Made by a program: the position numbers and the translations under genes. Source: Armatimonadota bacterium (GTDB lineage Bacteria > Sysuimicrobiota > Sysuimicrobiia > Sysuimicrobiales > Sysuimicrobiaceae). From it: a stretch of DNA of 64,000 bases. Below, in pieces: positions 40,479-50,220 of the stretch. The stretch is taken from the NCBI GenBank assembly GCA_025060455.1, contig JANXBY010000025.1:4867-68866 (forward strand). The letters run 5' to 3'. The notes below the pieces were generated by a model. That model saw nothing but the letters and a program-made list of their open reading frames with translations. It ran no database searches and was not told the origin of the DNA. The number at the start of each line of letters is the position of its first letter. Position 1 is the stretch's first letter.

Positions 40479-41588
40479 ATGGGAGGGAAAGGGGGCGGTG
40501 TCGTGCGGTTCGGACGGCGGGAGCCGGAACTCACCCGGGAGCAGGTGATGGAGGCGCTCCGGGACGTGGAGGATCCAGAGCTGCGGCGGTCCATCGTGGA
40601 GTTGGACATGGTCCGGGACGTGCGGGTGCAGGACGGGCAGGTGACGGTGCAGGCGGTGCTCACCATCGGCGGCTGCCCCCTGCGGGAGGTGATCGTGCAG
40701 TCCATCCGGGACCGCGTGGGGCGCTTGCCGGGCGTGCGGTCCGTAGACGTGCAGTTGGGCGTGATGACCCCGGAGGAGCGGCAGGCCCTCATCAGCCGGC
40801 TGCGGGGCGCGGAGGGGAGCGCGCCGTCGCCGTTCCTCCGCCCGGACAGCGCGGTGCGCGTGCTGGCGGTGGCCAGCGGAAAGGGTGGGGTGGGCAAGTC
40901 CACGGTCACCGCGAACCTGGCGGTGGCCCTGGCGCAGGAGGGCGCGCGGGTCGGGGTGCTGGACGCGGATGTGTACGGCTTTTCCATTCCGCGGATGCTA
41001 GGCATCGACGGCCGACCCACGGTGATCGACCAGATGATCATCCCTCTCGAACGGTGGGGCGTCCGGGCGGTGTCCATGGGCATGCTGGTGGACCGGGACG
41101 AGGCGGTGATCTGGCGCGGCCCCATGCTGCACAAGGCCCTCGTCACCTTCATCACCGAGGTGCACTGGGGCGACGTGGACACGCTGCTGCTGGACCTGCC
41201 CCCGGGGACCGGGGACGTGTCCATCACCGTGGCCCAGCAGCTGCCGCAGGCGGAGATGCTGGTGGTGACCACGCCGCAGCAGGCCGCGGTGGAGGTGGCG
41301 GCCCGCGCCGGGCGGATGGCGGAGAAGGTGAACATGAAGGTGGCGGGCGTGATCGAGAACATGAGCTACCTCGACGGCCCGGAGCCGGTGCCGGTGTTCG
41401 GGCAGGGTGGAGGCCAGGCGCTGGCCGAACGCCTGCGGGTCCCCCTGCTGGCCCGCATCCCCCTGGACCCGCGCATCTGCGAGGCGGGCGACGCCGGCGA
41501 GCCGGTGGTGGTCCGCTACCCCGGCAGCGCGGGGGCCCGTGCCTTCCGGGAGGCGGCCCGGCGGCTGCGGGCCGCGAGGGTCTGTTGA
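40479..41588 (+). CDS. mrp: Mrp/NBP35 (ApbC) Fe-S carrier ATPase with N-terminal DUF59 domain
   Basis: VEDPELRRSIVELDMV, GCP, GKGGVGKS, DADVYG, IWRGP, DLPPGTGD, ENMS. Confidence 0.93.
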   Translation: MGGKGGGVVRFGRREPELTREQVMEALRDVEDPELRRSIVELDMVRDVRVQDGQVTVQAVLTIGGCPLREVIVQSIRDRVGRLPGVRSVDVQLGVMTPEERQALISRLRGAEGSAPSPFLRPDSAVRVLAVASGKGGVGKSTVTANLAVALAQEGARVGVLDADVYGFSIPRMLGIDGRPTVIDQMIIPLERWGVRAVSMGMLVDRDEAVIWRGPMLHKALVTFITEVHWGDVDTLLLDLPPGTGDVSITVAQQLPQAEMLVVTTPQQAAVEVAARAGRMAEKVNMKVAGVIENMSYLDGPEPVPVFGQGGGQALAERLRVPLLARIPLDPRICEAGDAGEPVVVRYPGSAGARAFREAARRLRAARVC

Positions 41589-41602
41589 CGTCGGGAGGAC
41601 CC

Positions 41603-43099
41603 ATGGCCCGGACGTACCTGAACTACATCGGCGGCCGGTGGGTCCCGGCCCGGTCGGGGGCCACCTTCGAGTCGGTGGACCCTGCCACCTCCGAGGTCCT
41701 GGGGGTGTGCGCTCGGTCGGGACCGGAGGACGTGGCGGACGCGGTGGCCGCGGCCAGGGAGGCGTACCCGCGGTGGCGGAAGGTACCCGCGCCGCGGCGG
41801 GCGGAGGTGCTGTTCCGGGCCGCGGAGCTGCTGGTGCGGCGCAAGGAGGAGCTGGCGCAGCTGATGACCCGGGAGATGGGAAAGATCCTGCTGGAGTCCC
41901 GGGGAGACGTCCAGGAAGCCATCGACATGACGTACTTCATCGCGGGCGAGGGCCGTCGGCTGCACGGTTATACCACGCCCAGCGAGATGCCCCACAAGGT
42001 CGCCTACTGCGTGCGCCAGCCCGTGGGGGTGGTGGGCGTCATCACGCCGTGGAACTTCCCCTTCGCCATCCCCTCGTGGAAGGTCGTCCCCGCCTTGGTG
42101 TGCGGTAACACCGTGGTGTTCAAACCCGCGCCGGAAGTTCCCATCTGCGCGGTGAAGTTCGTGGAGATCCTGGAGGAGGCTGGGCTGCCGCCCGGGGTCC
42201 TGAACCTGGTGCTGGGCGGGGACGACGCTGGTGCGGCGCTGGTGGACCACCCGGACGTGGCCCTCATCTCCTTCACCGGTTCCACGGAGGTGGGGCTGCA
42301 GGTGGCAGAGAAGAGCGCGGCCCGGGGCAAGCGGGTGTCCCTGGAGATGGGCGGGAAGAACGCGGCCATCGTCATGGACGACGCAGACCTGGACCTGGTG
42401 GCGGACGCCCTCACGTGGAGCGCGTTTGGGACTTCCGGGCAGCGGTGCACCGCCTGCAGCCGCGTGCTGGTGCACCCAAAGGTGCACGGGGACGTGGCGG
42501 ACCTGCTGGTAGACCGGGCGCGCCGGCTGCGGCTGGGACACGGCCTGGACCCGAACACGGACATGGGTCCGCTCGTCAGCGAGGCCCAGCTGCAGCGAGT
42601 GGAGCGGTACGTGCGGGTGGGCCAGGAGGAGGGGGCGGTGGTCCTGGTGGGCGGCGAGCGGGCCAGGGGAGACGGCCTGGAACGCGGGTTCTTCTTCCAG
42701 CCCACGGTGTTCGACCGGGTAGATCCCCGCATGCGCATCGCGCAGGAGGAGATCTTCGGTCCGGTCACCGACCTCATCCGGGTGGAGACCCTGGAGGAGG
42801 CGGTGGAGGTGGTGAACGGGGTCCGGTACGGGCTTTCGGCTTCCATCTTCACCCGGGACGTGAACAAGGCGATGCGGGCCATTGAGGACATCCACACGGG
42901 CATCGTTTACGTGAACCACGGCACCATCGGGGCGGAGGTGCACCTGCCCTTCGGCGGGACCAAGTTCACCGGCAACGGCCACCGGGAGGGCGGCCTGCAG
43001 GTGCTGGACGTGTTCACCGAGTGGAAGTCGGTGTACATCGACTACAGTGGCCGGCTGCAGCGGGCCCAGATTGACCTGCAGCCCGTGACCTCGGGGTGA
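41603..43099 (+). CDS. Aldehyde dehydrogenase
   Basis: ITPWNFP, FTGSTEVG, LEMGGKN, GQRCTA, EEIFGP. Confidence 0.94.
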   Translation: MARTYLNYIGGRWVPARSGATFESVDPATSEVLGVCARSGPEDVADAVAAAREAYPRWRKVPAPRRAEVLFRAAELLVRRKEELAQLMTREMGKILLESRGDVQEAIDMTYFIAGEGRRLHGYTTPSEMPHKVAYCVRQPVGVVGVITPWNFPFAIPSWKVVPALVCGNTVVFKPAPEVPICAVKFVEILEEAGLPPGVLNLVLGGDDAGAALVDHPDVALISFTGSTEVGLQVAEKSAARGKRVSLEMGGKNAAIVMDDADLDLVADALTWSAFGTSGQRCTACSRVLVHPKVHGDVADLLVDRARRLRLGHGLDPNTDMGPLVSEAQLQRVERYVRVGQEEGAVVLVGGERARGDGLERGFFFQPTVFDRVDPRMRIAQEEIFGPVTDLIRVETLEEAVEVVNGVRYGLSASIFTRDVNKAMRAIEDIHTGIVYVNHGTIGAEVHLPFGGTKFTGNGHREGGLQVLDVFTEWKSVYIDYSGRLQRAQIDLQPVTSG

Positions 43100-43899
43100 G
43101 GTGGCAGAAGGCGGCGCTGGCGGCCGCGGCGGCCCTCGCGTGGGTGGGGCCTGCTGCCGCGGCCTCCTTCGTGCTTACCGCGCAGCGGGTGGACCTGGAC
43201 GCCGAACGGGGAGTCGTGCGCGCCTGGCAGGTGCGGATCACCGACGGGCTGCGGGTGGTGACCGCACCGGAGCTCGGCCTGGACCGGGGTTTGGGGGTGG
43301 GCACCCTGTCCGGAGGGGTGGCCGCCACAGGTCCCGAGGGGCAGCTGCGGGGCCGTACGGCCCGCATCCGGTTCACGAGGGGGCTTGAGCTGCTGCAGGT
43401 GGAGGCAGAAGGGGATGCCCGCCTGCGGCAGGGCGGTTGGACGCTGTCCGCGGATTGGGTCCGCCTGGATGTGCGGAGCGGCGTGGCCACCGCGCAGGGC
43501 CGTCCCGCGCGGCTGGAGGGCGAGCAGGTGACCGCCACCGGCAGCCGGGTCGTGTACCGCGCGCGCCAGGAGGAAGCGGAGCTGGAGTCACCCGCGCGGT
43601 TCGAGACGCAAGAGGGCGCCCTGGAGGGCACCTCGGCCACCTTCCGGCTGCGCGGGAAGACCGCTCGCGTGGCAGGGCCGGTGGAAATCCGGTTCGCCGC
43701 GGGCCGAGGAGCGGCGCAGGAGGCGGTGGCGGACTTCGCCCGCGGCCGCGTGGACCTAGTGGGCCAGGTCCGGGTCCGGTGGCGATCCAGCGTGCTCGAA
43801 GGGCAGCGGGTGGTGGTGTGGTACCGGGAGGGACGGGTGTTGGTGGAAGGGCCGAGCCGCATGCGCGTGGAAGAGGAGGACCTGCCGCGCACCCCTTAG
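43096..43899 (+). CDS. LptA/OstA-like beta-jellyroll exported protein
   Basis: Signal peptide; repeated LTAQRVDLD / LSADWVRLD / ATGSRVVY / AEGDARL units. Confidence 0.6.
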   Translation: MRWQKAALAAAAALAWVGPAAAASFVLTAQRVDLDAERGVVRAWQVRITDGLRVVTAPELGLDRGLGVGTLSGGVAATGPEGQLRGRTARIRFTRGLELLQVEAEGDARLRQGGWTLSADWVRLDVRSGVATAQGRPARLEGEQVTATGSRVVYRARQEEAELESPARFETQEGALEGTSATFRLRGKTARVAGPVEIRFAAGRGAAQEAVADFARGRVDLVGQVRVRWRSSVLEGQRVVVWYREGRVLVEGPSRMRVEEEDLPRTP

Positions 43900-43906
43900 G
43901 GAGGAG

Positions 43907-44836
43907 ATGACTATGGAGCTGGGGTACCGGAAGCCGCTGTACATCCTTGCCTTCGACCATCGGGGTTCGTTCCTGAAGCTGGCAGGGATCCGGGGCGAGC
44001 CCACGGCGGAGGAAGCCGCGCGGATTCGCGACGCGAAGCAGGTGATCTACGAGGGCTTCTTGCGGGCCCTGGACGCAGGGGCTCCGCGCGACGCCGCCGG
44101 GGTGCTGGTGGACGAGCAGTTCGGCGCGGAGGTGGCCCGGGACGCCCGACGCAGGGGTGTGATCTTCGCCATGCCCGTGGAGCGCAGCGGTCAGGACGAG
44201 TTCGACTTCGAGTACGGGGAGGCCTTCGGGGAGCACATCGAGGCCTTCGACCCGACCTTCGCGAAGGTGCTGGTGCGCTACAACCCGCAAGGAGACCGGG
44301 ACCTGAACGCCCGCCAGGCCGGGCGCCTGCGCAGGCTCTCGGGCTGGCTGCACGGGCGGGGCCGCAAGTTCCTGTTCGAGCTGCTGGTCCCTCCCACCGC
44401 CCAGCAGCTGCAGGCGGTCGGCGGCGACGAGGGGCGGTACGACCGGGAGGTGCGCCCGCACCTGATGGTGGACGCCATCCGCCAGCTGCAAGAGGCGGGG
44501 GTGGAGCCGGACGTGTGGAAAATCGAGGGCTTGGACCTGCGGGCGGACTGCGAGCGGATCAGCGCCCAGGTGCGGTCCGGGGGCAGGGAAGGCGTGGCGT
44601 GCGTGGTCCTGGGCCGGGGTGCGGACGAGGCAGCGGTCGTGCGGTGGGTGCAGGCGGCCGCCGGGGTGCCCGGCTACGTGGGCTTCGCCATCGGCCGGAC
44701 CATCTGGTGGGACGGGGTTAAGGGACACCTGGAAGGCCGCCTTTCGCGGGAGCAGGCCGCGGAGGCGGTGAAGGCCAACTACCTGCGGATGATCGAAGTC
44801 TACCGGTCCGCGGAACAGGCCGCGGTGGCGGGGTAG
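43907..44836 (+). CDS. Stand-alone DUF2090 / IolC-C-terminal class I aldolase
   Basis: LYILAFDHR, GVLVDEQFG, KVLVRYNP, PDVWKIEG (Schiff-base Lys), VVLGRG, FAIGRTIW. Confidence 0.85.
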   Translation: MTMELGYRKPLYILAFDHRGSFLKLAGIRGEPTAEEAARIRDAKQVIYEGFLRALDAGAPRDAAGVLVDEQFGAEVARDARRRGVIFAMPVERSGQDEFDFEYGEAFGEHIEAFDPTFAKVLVRYNPQGDRDLNARQAGRLRRLSGWLHGRGRKFLFELLVPPTAQQLQAVGGDEGRYDREVRPHLMVDAIRQLQEAGVEPDVWKIEGLDLRADCERISAQVRSGGREGVACVVLGRGADEAAVVRWVQAAAGVPGYVGFAIGRTIWWDGVKGHLEGRLSREQAAEAVKANYLRMIEVYRSAEQAAVAG

Positions 44837-44839
44837 CCC

Positions 44840-45868
44840 ATGCGGGCGGTGCGCGTCTACCACCACGGCGGTCCTGAGGTGTTGCGGGTGGAGGACGTCC
44901 CCGTCCCCGAGCCGGGGCCCGGGCAGGTGCGGGTGCGGGTACGGGCGGCTGCCATGAACCACCTGGACCTGTGGGTGCGTAAAGGGATTCCCGGCGTGCG
45001 TTTCCCCCTGCCCCTCACGTTGGGCTCAGACGGAGCGGGTGTGGTGGACGCCGTGGGGCCCGGGGTGAAGTCCGCCCAGCCCGGCGACGAGGTGGTGCTG
45101 AACCCAGGGGTGTCGTGCGGCGTGTGTACCGCCTGCCTGCGGGGAAGGGACAACCTGTGCCGCGAGTACGGGCTTCTGGGAGAACACCGGGACGGCACCG
45201 ACGCGGAGTTCGTGGTGGTCCCGGAGGCGAACGTGGTCCGCAAGCCGGCCAATTTGAGCTTCGAGGAGGCGGCGGCGTTCCCCCTGGTGTTTTTGACCGC
45301 GTGGAACATGTTGGTCACCAACGCCCGGTTGCGTCCGGGGGAGGACGTGCTGGTGTGGGGGGCCGGAAGCGGGGTGGGAAGCGCGGCGATCCAGATCGCC
45401 AAGGCGTTCCGCGCCCGGGTGATCGCGGTGGCGGGGGACGACTGGAAGCTGGAGCGGGCCCGGCAGCTGGGCGCGGACGAGACCGTCAACCACCGCACCC
45501 AGGACGTGTTGCAGGAGGTGCGCCGGATCACCGGCCGCCGCGGGGTGGACGTGGTGTTCGAGCACGTGGGACAGGCCACGTGGGACACCAGCGTCAAGGC
45601 CCTCGCCCGCGGGGGCCGGCTGGTCACCTGTGGTGCCACCTCCGGGCCGCAGGTCCAGACGGATGTGCGGTACTTGTTCGGACGGGCTGTAAGCGTGCAC
45701 GGCACGTGGCTGGGCAGCAAGGGGGAGCTGTACGACCTGCTGCCTTTGGTGGAGGCAGGGGTGCTGCGGCCAGTGGTGGACCGGGTGCTTCCCCTCTCGG
45801 AGGTGCGGGAGGCCCACGCCTACCTGGAATCCGGTCAGCACTTCGGGAAGGTGGTGCTGGTCCCGTGA
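44840..45868 (+). CDS. MDR family oxidoreductase (quinone reductase/ADH-like)
   Basis: HGGPEVL; structural-Zn CGVCTAC..C retained, catalytic-Zn ligands replaced (NHLD, GSDGAG); GAGSGVG; HFGKVVL. Confidence 0.9.
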   Translation: MRAVRVYHHGGPEVLRVEDVPVPEPGPGQVRVRVRAAAMNHLDLWVRKGIPGVRFPLPLTLGSDGAGVVDAVGPGVKSAQPGDEVVLNPGVSCGVCTACLRGRDNLCREYGLLGEHRDGTDAEFVVVPEANVVRKPANLSFEEAAAFPLVFLTAWNMLVTNARLRPGEDVLVWGAGSGVGSAAIQIAKAFRARVIAVAGDDWKLERARQLGADETVNHRTQDVLQEVRRITGRRGVDVVFEHVGQATWDTSVKALARGGRLVTCGATSGPQVQTDVRYLFGRAVSVHGTWLGSKGELYDLLPLVEAGVLRPVVDRVLPLSEVREAHAYLESGQHFGKVVLVP

Positions 45869-46196
45869 GACGACGCTGGACCTGGGTGGTGAGGGAGGAA
45901 GGCCAGCCGCTGGCGGAGCCCCACTCGGTGAGGGTGGCCGGTCTCTGAGCGTCCTGCTGCGTGCGTTCGCGGCAGGGCGTGCAAAGTCCGTTTTGTGAAG
46001 GCGGCACGCCTGGACTCCGGGGCGGTGGCGGGCTTCTGGGCCCGGGTGGGGTGGCTGTTGGGGGGACCTACCCCCGCCTCGCTGCCTGGAGGAGCTACTT
46101 CCAAAGGCATCCCAAAACCGGGTCGGTTCGGGAGGAGACCGCAGGGTTCCCGCAGAACACGCAGGCAGCAAGCCGCATGAAAGGGGGGGCGAGGAC

Positions 46197-47453
46197 ATGC
46201 GGGGTCTGTGGATGGCGGGGTTGGTGTTGGCGGTTCTGGCGCTGGCCTCTCCCACCACCGCGCAGGCGCCTCTGCCGGCCAGCATCAAGGTTGGAGCTCT
46301 GTTCGACCTCACGGGGCCCACCTCAGACGTGGGTGTGGACTACTCCAAGGGCGTGCTGGACCACGTGCGCTACATCAACGAGGTCCTGGGAGGCATCCGG
46401 GGCAAGGTGAAGATCGACCTGGTGTGGGCCGACTACGCGTACCGCATCCCGGAGAGCCTGGCCCTCTACCGGAAGTACCGGGACGTGGACCGGGTGGTGG
46501 CGATCATCGGGTGGGGCACCAACGACACCGAGGCCCTGAAGGAACAGGTGGCCGCGGACCAGATCCCGTTCATCTCCGCCTCGTACTCGTCGCACCTCAA
46601 CGACCCTTCCAAGACACCCTACAACTTCTACCCGGTGTCCAGCTACTCCGACCAGCTGCGGGCGGTGTTGAAGTTCGCCCGGGAGCTGGCGCGCCGGGAA
46701 GGGATCGCGCGCCCCAAGTTCGTGTTCGTGTACCCGGACCACCCGTACGGCCGCGCCCCCATCCCCGCGGGCAAGGCTTACGCCCAGGAGCTGGGCTTTG
46801 AGGTGCTGCCGGACCAGATCGTGGCCCTCACGGCCCTGGAGGCGCGGTCCCAGGTGACCGCTATCCGCGACCAGGGGGCGGACTTCGCGTGGTTCGGGGG
46901 GACCACCAGCTCCGCCTCGGTGACGGTGCGGGACGCCAAGCAGGTGGGCGCCAGGGCCCGGTGGTTCGTGAACGTGTGGGGGTTTGACGAGAGCATGATC
47001 AAGCGCATCGGTGCCGCCGCGGAGGGCGTGTACGGCAGTACCCCCCACGCGTACTACGGAGAGCCCGTCCCGGGGATGCGCACCATCCTCGACGCTTACC
47101 GCCGGTTCCAGGGCAAGGAAGTGCCGAAGTTCGAGTGGGGCACCGTGGACTCCCCGTACATCGCCTCCTACGTGCGGGGCTGGCTGAACGTGTACCTCCT
47201 GCGGCGGGCCCTGGAGACGGTGGTGGACAACTGGTCCACCTACGCGCGGCTGGGCCTCACGGGCGCTTCCATCCGCGCCACCCTGGAGCTGATCCGGAAC
47301 TGGGACCCGGAAGGGCTCGCACCACCCATCACCCTGACCCGGGACGACCACCGGCCTTCCACCACCACCCGCATCATGCAGATCCGGGGCGGCAGGATCC
47401 GGCCGGTGGAGACGGTGACCGTGGAGCGGAGGAAGGACTGGCTGGGCTGGTAG
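46197..47453 (+). CDS. Liv-type ABC substrate-binding protein
   Basis: Signal peptide; IKVGALFDLTGPTS, DYAYRIP, IGWGT, DHPYGR. Confidence 0.88.
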   Translation: MRGLWMAGLVLAVLALASPTTAQAPLPASIKVGALFDLTGPTSDVGVDYSKGVLDHVRYINEVLGGIRGKVKIDLVWADYAYRIPESLALYRKYRDVDRVVAIIGWGTNDTEALKEQVAADQIPFISASYSSHLNDPSKTPYNFYPVSSYSDQLRAVLKFARELARREGIARPKFVFVYPDHPYGRAPIPAGKAYAQELGFEVLPDQIVALTALEARSQVTAIRDQGADFAWFGGTTSSASVTVRDAKQVGARARWFVNVWGFDESMIKRIGAAAEGVYGSTPHAYYGEPVPGMRTILDAYRRFQGKEVPKFEWGTVDSPYIASYVRGWLNVYLLRRALETVVDNWSTYARLGLTGASIRATLELIRNWDPEGLAPPITLTRDDHRPSTTTRIMQIRGGRIRPVETVTVERRKDWLGW

Positions 47454-47454
47454 G

Positions 47455-48240
47455 GTGCTTTCCGTCAACAACATCGAGGTCGTCTTCTGGAACACCATCC
47501 TGGTGCTGAAGGGGGTGTCCCTGCAGGTCGCACCGGGGTCCATCACCGCCCTCATCGGCGCGAACGGGGCCGGCAAGACCACGACCCTCAAGGCCATCTC
47601 GGGCTTGGTACGGCTGGAGCGGGGGGAGGTGGCGCGGGGCTCCATCGAGTTCGATGGGCAGCGCATCGAGAACCGGCTGCCGGAGGAGGTGGGCCGGCTG
47701 GGGGCGGTGATGGTGCGGGAGGGCCGGCGGCTGTTCGAGGAGCTCACCGCGGAGGAGAACCTCCTGGTGGCCACGGCCCTGAACCCCCGCGGGACTCGGG
47801 AGGCGCTGGACCTGGTGTATGCCTACTTCCCCCGGCTGCGGGAGAGGCGCAGGGTGCGGGCAGGCTACCTGTCGGGTGGGGAGCAGCAGATGCTGGCCAT
47901 CGGGTGCGCCCTCATGGCGCGGCCCAAGCTCCTGCTGCTGGACGAACCCAGCCTGGGTCTTGCGCCTGTGGTAGCCGGAGAGATCTTCCGGCTGGTGCGG
48001 CGGCTAAACCAGGAGCAAGGGATCACGGTCCTGCTGGTGGAGCAGAACGCGCGCATGGCCCTGCAGCTGGCCAGCTACGGCTACGTGATGGAGAATGGCA
48101 AGATCGTGCTCGACGGTCCCGCGGAACGGCTGCGGGAGGACGCGGACGTGCGGGAGTTCTACCTGGGGATGACCAAGTCCGGCCGGCGCTCGTTTGCCGA
48201 GGTGAAAAGCTACAAACGGCGGAAGCGCTGGCTGGCGTAG
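47455..48240 (+). CDS. livF: Liv-type ABC ATPase (LivF-like)
   Basis: GANGAGKTT, LSGGEQQMLA, LLLDEPSLGL, VEQNA. Confidence 0.92.
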   Translation: MLSVNNIEVVFWNTILVLKGVSLQVAPGSITALIGANGAGKTTTLKAISGLVRLERGEVARGSIEFDGQRIENRLPEEVGRLGAVMVREGRRLFEELTAEENLLVATALNPRGTREALDLVYAYFPRLRERRRVRAGYLSGGEQQMLAIGCALMARPKLLLLDEPSLGLAPVVAGEIFRLVRRLNQEQGITVLLVEQNARMALQLASYGYVMENGKIVLDGPAERLREDADVREFYLGMTKSGRRSFAEVKSYKRRKRWLA

Positions 48241-48251
48241 ACGGGTCCTGG

Positions 48252-49295
48252 CTAGTGGGGGAAGGGCCACAGGTCCACGTACCGCTTGAACTTCCGCAAC
48301 AGGGTCGCCAGACCCCCGGGTTCCCAGATGAGGAAGACGATGAGGATCACGCCGAACACCACGTCGTGGACGGAAGTGGTGGCGCGGCCCAGCACGGGAA
48401 TGACGGCGCCCAGCACCGGGGCCCACATCTTCAGCAGCTGGGTCAGCATGCGGACGAAGGCAGCCCCCAGGTGGGGACCCCACACGCTGCCGAGGCCGCC
48501 AATCACCAGCATGGCCACGAAGTCGATGGACTGCGCCAGGCTGAAGTGCTCCGCCCCGATGACCCGGTTGTAGTGGGCAAAGAGGCTGCCGGCGACTCCG
48601 GCGTAGGCAGCCCCCAGGGCGAAGGCCAACGTCTTGTAGTACAGGAGGTTGACACCCAGCACCTGCGCTGCATAGTCCCGGTCGCGCACCGCCATCAGGG
48701 CTAGGCCCACCCGGGTGCGGGTGAGGTTGGTGGCGAACACCGCGCCCACCACCCACACCGTGGCCACCACGTACCAAAACCGGACCTCGGTGTTCACCGG
48801 GACCCCGAACAGGTCCATGGGCGGGACCGGCGTGCCGCCCATGCCGCTCACAGTCTGAACGATCAGGTACTCCACCAGGAACTGGAACGCCAGGGTGGCG
48901 ATGGCCAGGTACAGGCCCTTGATCCGCAGGGATGGCAGCCCCACCACCGCCCCCACCGCGAACGCCACCACCGCGCTCAAGGGCAGGGCGGCCACGAAGG
49001 GTAGCTTGAGGTGCGTGGTGGCGAACCACGAGGTGTACGCGCCCACGGCCATGAAGGCCGCGTGGCCCAGGGAGATCTGGCCCGCAAACCCCATCACCAG
49101 GGACAACCCCACGGCCCCGATGGCGAACACCGCGATGTCGTTCAGGAGGTAGATCCACCTCCCCAGGACCCAGGGGGCGGCCACCATGGCCGCCAGGAGC
49201 AGCAGGAAGCCCCACCGGTACAGGCGGATGTCCAGCAGGGCCATGTCCTGCGCGTAGGAGGTCTTGAAATCCCCACAGGGCCGCGCGTACGCCAC
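48252..49295 (-). CDS. livM: Liv-type ABC permease (LivM-like)
   Basis: GQISLGHAAF, GLYLAIATLAF, ALMAVRDRDYAA, GGLGS. Confidence 0.92.
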   Translation of the reverse strand: MAYARPCGDFKTSYAQDMALLDIRLYRWGFLLLLAAMVAAPWVLGRWIYLLNDIAVFAIGAVGLSLVMGFAGQISLGHAAFMAVGAYTSWFATTHLKLPFVAALPLSAVVAFAVGAVVGLPSLRIKGLYLAIATLAFQFLVEYLIVQTVSGMGGTPVPPMDLFGVPVNTEVRFWYVVATVWVVGAVFATNLTRTRVGLALMAVRDRDYAAQVLGVNLLYYKTLAFALGAAYAGVAGSLFAHYNRVIGAEHFSLAQSIDFVAMLVIGGLGSVWGPHLGAAFVRMLTQLLKMWAPVLGAVIPVLGRATTSVHDVVFGVILIVFLIWEPGGLATLLRKFKRYVDLWPFPH

Positions 49296-49296
49296 G

Positions 49297-50220
49297 CTAC
49301 AGCCTCTCGATGCGTTCGGTGCCGAACAGCCCGTGCGGGCGCACCATGAGGGCCAGGAGAATCACCAGGTACGCGGTCACTTCCTTGAAGCCGTGCAGGG
49401 GCTGCCCTAGCACCCGCACGTGCGCCTCCATGTACCCGCCCAGCACCGTCTCCACCACGCCCACCAGAAGCCCCCCCAGGATGGCCCCGGGGACGCTGTC
49501 GAGACCCCCCAGGATCACCGCCGCCAGAGCCTTCAGCCCCACCGCGGCCAGGGCGAAGTTCACGCCCAGCCACAGGCCTAGGAGGATCCCGCCCACAGCC
49601 CCCGCCACCGCGGCGAACGCCCATGCGTACGCGAACACCCGCCGCAGGCTCACGCCCAGGGTGGAGGCGGTGAGCTGTTCGTTGGCCGCGGCGCGCATGG
49701 CGATGCCCCACCGGCTGTAGCGGAAGAACAGCGAGAAGGTCACCAGCAGGGTCGCCGCGGCCGCCGCGCTCCACACGCCGACCAGGGACACGGGCACCCC
49801 CGCCACCCGGACCACGGTGGCCGGGATCACGGGCGGGAAGGTGCGGGTCTCCCCGCTCCAGATCCCCACCATGATGCCCCGCACCACGTAGCCCAGGGCC
49901 AGGGTCACGATGATCACCGAGAGCAGCGGCTGGCCGAACAGCGGCCGCATCACCGCCCGCTCCACAGCAAAGCCCAGGGCCGCCGCCGCCAGGAGGGTCA
50001 CCGCCACCCCCGCGGCAAAAGCCGCGGGGGTGGGGAGGAATCCGAAGGCGGAGGTGGCCGCGATGGCCAGGTAGCCGCCGAACAGCACCAGCTCCCCGTG
50101 CGCCAGGTTCAGGATCTTGGTCGACTTGTACAGGACGGTGAACCCCACCGCGATGAGGGCGTAGATGGAGCCTACCGCGAGCCCGACCACCACGCCCTCC
50201 AACACGAACTGCCCGCTCAC
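49297..50220 (-). CDS. livH: Liv-type ABC permease (LivH-like)
   Basis: GSIYALIAVGF, LNLAHGE, GIAMRAAA, LGGLDS; start at GTG 50220 overlapping the upstream stop. Confidence 0.92.
   Translation of the reverse strand: MSGQFVLEGVVVGLAVGSIYALIAVGFTVLYKSTKILNLAHGELVLFGGYLAIAATSAFGFLPTPAAFAAGVAVTLLAAAALGFAVERAVMRPLFGQPLLSVIIVTLALGYVVRGIMVGIWSGETRTFPPVIPATVVRVAGVPVSLVGVWSAAAAATLLVTFSLFFRYSRWGIAMRAAANEQLTASTLGVSLRRVFAYAWAFAAVAGAVGGILLGLWLGVNFALAAVGLKALAAVILGGLDSVPGAILGGLLVGVVETVLGGYMEAHVRVLGQPLHGFKEVTAYLVILLALMVRPHGLFGTERIERL

Noticed and set aside
45869-46196. Small ORFs, sigma54 site or inversion repeats in the gap before the SBP gene
   Set aside because: No GG-N10-GC consensus, no repeat matching the 48241-48251 junction, and the ORFs lack motifs.
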